Source: the human T2T-CHM13v2.0 reference genome, Homo sapiens. Taken from it: 64,000 nucleotides of DNA. Each line of letters opens with the position of its first letter. Within the stretch, counting starts at the first letter, position 1. The position numbers and the translations under genes were made by a program. Shown in pieces: positions 61,930 through 64,000 of the stretch. The stretch is taken from contig CP068257.2 in assembly GCA_009914755.4 (NCBI GenBank), forward strand, positions 14,752,001-14,816,000. Reading direction: 5' to 3'. Below the pieces are notes generated by a model. The model did not search any database. It was given only the letters and a program-made list of their open reading frames with translations, and was not told the DNA's origin.

Positions 61930-62110
61930 GAATGTGCGTGTGTGTGTATGTGTGTATACACTTGAATGTATATATACATATACATATATGTTCAAGTATA
62001 TCAAATACATATACATATATACATTCAAATATATATGTATTTGAGACATATATATATCAAATCAATATAATGTGTATGTGTGTACATGCTTGCACATATA
62101 TAGACAATTT
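61930..62110. repeat. TG/TA/CA-rich low-complexity region (degenerate compound microsatellite)
   Basis: gtgcgtgtgtgtgtatgtgtgtatacacttgaatgtatatatacatatacatatatg...atatatatgtatttgagacatatatatatc...gtgtatgtgtgtacatgc. The ORFs at 61932-62138 and 62025-62309 are artefacts. Confidence 0.8.
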
Positions 62111-62495
62111 GAGGAACCATAAGAACGTAAAAGATTAATACAATAATGCTTATTTTTTTCCTGACTTCAAAGCATTTTTTTCCATTAGTACTTTTTCTCT
62201 CTAATTTCCCTTTCCAAATAAGAAAAGAGAACCCGAAAAACAGGAGTATTTTGTTTGAATTCATGGTGAGAAGAAAACCAAACATTGTTTTTTTCCATAA
62301 TTTTTGCAAAGGTTTCTAAGGGATTTTAGTGGGGACCTCTTCCTTGAATAGAATTGCCCAGGATGGAATTCCATCCTGCCATTGTTGCTGCCAAACCCAT
62401 TCAGGGGAACTTGATGTTGTGAGAGTTCCAGACTCTTTCATTTTCCATCTTACACTGTCTCTCATGTCCTAAAATAGTATGTTTTGGCAAAAACT

Positions 62496-62557
62496 GATTT
62501 GGATTCCAATGTATTTGGAATTGATCTTTGGATTTGGATTCCAATATGTTTGGAATT
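62496..62557. repeat. Local tandem duplication (2 x 27 bp: gatttggattccaat(g/a)t(a/g)tttggaatt, separated by 8 bp)
   Basis: Directly visible. Confidence 0.8.
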
Positions 62558-63247
62558 TATTAGGTTTGTTTTAATGATTTGAATGAAATTGAACCTCGTT
62601 GGTAGCAAACAATGCAGTGCTTTGATCATATTAATTCTGAGGCTGATCTTAAGTAGGGATAGTTTAAGCTCATTTTGGTTAAATCAGTTCATGGTCAAAT
62701 TAACTAATCTTCTTAACAAATATTTACAGAGCACTAACTATATTCATTAGTGTTGAGTGTTGTTAAGATGAACGGAAATATAAAAAGGTTTCCAACCTTC
62801 ATGGTTTGTATTTTATGTTGAGAAATAAGATTAAATCTTTGAAAAGTTAACCAATTTAAGGTCTTACATACATAAATACTAAATGAGTGTTAGAGTGTAC
62901 AAGTTCTTTGGAAATTCAAAGACCTGGAATTTGTGTGAACCCTCTGATTTTGTTAACTAGGTAGTACCAGCACCGCTTTCTAATGGGAGAAAAGTCTCAA
63001 GATGAATTTGCCCTCAGGTACATTCTGAGCAGATGGAAGTTGAAAAGCAATGAAAGTAAATGAAAAAATTGAACTATTTTCACTTAATAAAGAGAAGATA
63101 AAACTGGAGCAATAGGGAAATTGCGGTAAATTTTACTATTACAACAAGAAAATCCTTCCCTTCAGAAGACACCAGTGCAACAATATAGGCTGATCTTAAG
63201 TTAGAAGCATTTAATTTCATATAGGCATTTCTGCTGGGAAGACTGGG

Positions 63248-63608
63248 TATAAGTCCATTTTCATGCTGCTGATAAAGACATACCCGATACTGACAATTTA
63301 CAAAAGCATGAGGTTTAATAGACTTACAATTCCACATGGCTGGGGAGGCCTCACAATCATGGCAGAAGGCAAGAAGGAGCAAGTCACATCTTATATGGAT
63401 GGTGGCAGGCAAAGAGAGAGCTTGTACAGGAAAACTCCTGTTTTTAAAACCATCAGATCTCATGAGACTCATTCGCTATCACGAGAACAGCACAGGAAAG
63501 ACCCACCCCATAATTCAATCACCTCCCGGTTACTCCCGTAACAGGTGGGAATTGTGGGAGTTACAATTCAAGATGAAATTTGGGTGGGGACAAAGCCAAA
63601 CCAAATCA
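63248..63608 (-). mobile_element. THE1/MST-family MaLR solo LTR
   Basis: The + strand is the reverse complement of the THE1 consensus. ...ctgctgataaagacatacccgatactgacaatttacaaaagcatgaggtttaatagacttacaattccacatggctggggaggcctcacaatcatggcagaaggcaagaaggagcaagtcacatcttatatggatggtggcaggcaaagagagagcttgt...aaaccatcagatctcatgagactcattcgctatcacgagaacagcacaggaaagacccaccccataattcaatcacctccc...gggaattgtgggagttacaattcaagatgaaatttgggtggggacaaagccaaacc matches ...CTGCTAATAAAGACATACCCGAGACTGGGTAATTTATAAAGGAAAGAGGTTTAATGGACTCACAGTTCCACATGGCTGGGGAGGCCTCACAATCATGGCGGAAGGCG.... Confidence 0.8.
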
Positions 63609-64000
63609 GCCAGAATTACCTTTAAAGAGGATATTGATTTACTTGAAATAAAATTACCAAGTTTATATCATGTAAGAATTAAGAGCAAATATTCATTTGT
63701 AATCCTAAAAATCAGTCACAGAATTGAATGCTTATATTTCAAGAAAAATGAATATTAATAAATATCAAGATAGTAAAAAAATCTTAAGTCCAGAACTTGA
63801 ATAAAATGTTAACCCAATGACCCTTAAATATTCCTTTTTTTTAAGGTACTATATATAAAATATAATAAAAATGATCTGGTTGAGAAATATTGGTCTGGAA
63901 AATTAAGATAGATTAAAACTTCTTTCCCAGCCTCTAGTTATTGCAAAGATTCACCCTGATTGCCTAAGGAAGAACATTCTCTCACACTATGGCTAGAAGA

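Noticed and set aside
63263-63758. ORFs of 92 and 140 aa at the window end
   Set aside because: They lie entirely within the minus-strand THE1/MST MaLR LTR and its flank. There is no coding evidence.

Overview
This window reads as primate (most likely human) nuclear DNA from an AT-rich, gene-poor intergenic or intronic region, not a prokaryotic locus. I found no convincing protein-coding exon and no defence-system-like gene cluster. All long ORFs in the six-frame track fall inside transposable elements, microsatellites or a polypurine tract.

The window is a mosaic of interspersed repeats:
- Retrovirus: an HERV-H provirus enters from the left, minus strand. Its LTR7 5' LTR sits at about 1062-1958 and carries a 32-bp tandem array of about 16 copies, each with a GGGCGGGGG GC-box.
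- Alu: about 14 elements, several with clean target-site duplications.
- DNA transposons: a complete Tigger1-like pogo-family element (5165-8087) with TA target duplications, a decayed CENP-B/pogo-type transposase and a nested Alu; and a Tigger-family non-autonomous element (48751-50084) with an internal tandem array.
- L1: two L1PA 3' fragments (13251-16409 and 46609-47355), both with 15-16 bp target-site duplications, and older L1M fragments, one of which hosts the non-autonomous Tigger and an Alu.
- MaLR LTRs: one MLT1-like and one THE1/MST-like.
- Simple repeats: numerous microsatellites and a 240-bp polypurine tract.

The most notable non-repeat signal is a roughly 16-kb block (about 17-33 kb) almost devoid of Alu/L1 and unusually rich in retained CpGs for AT-rich DNA. 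It includes a 220-bp GC/CpG-enriched islandlet with a CCAAT box at about 22.58-22.80 kb. That pattern suggests constrained non-coding or regulatory sequence, but I cannot verify conservation from sequence alone.

All coordinates are approximate to within about 5-10 bp. Family assignments are from memory of consensus sequences, not from a database search.
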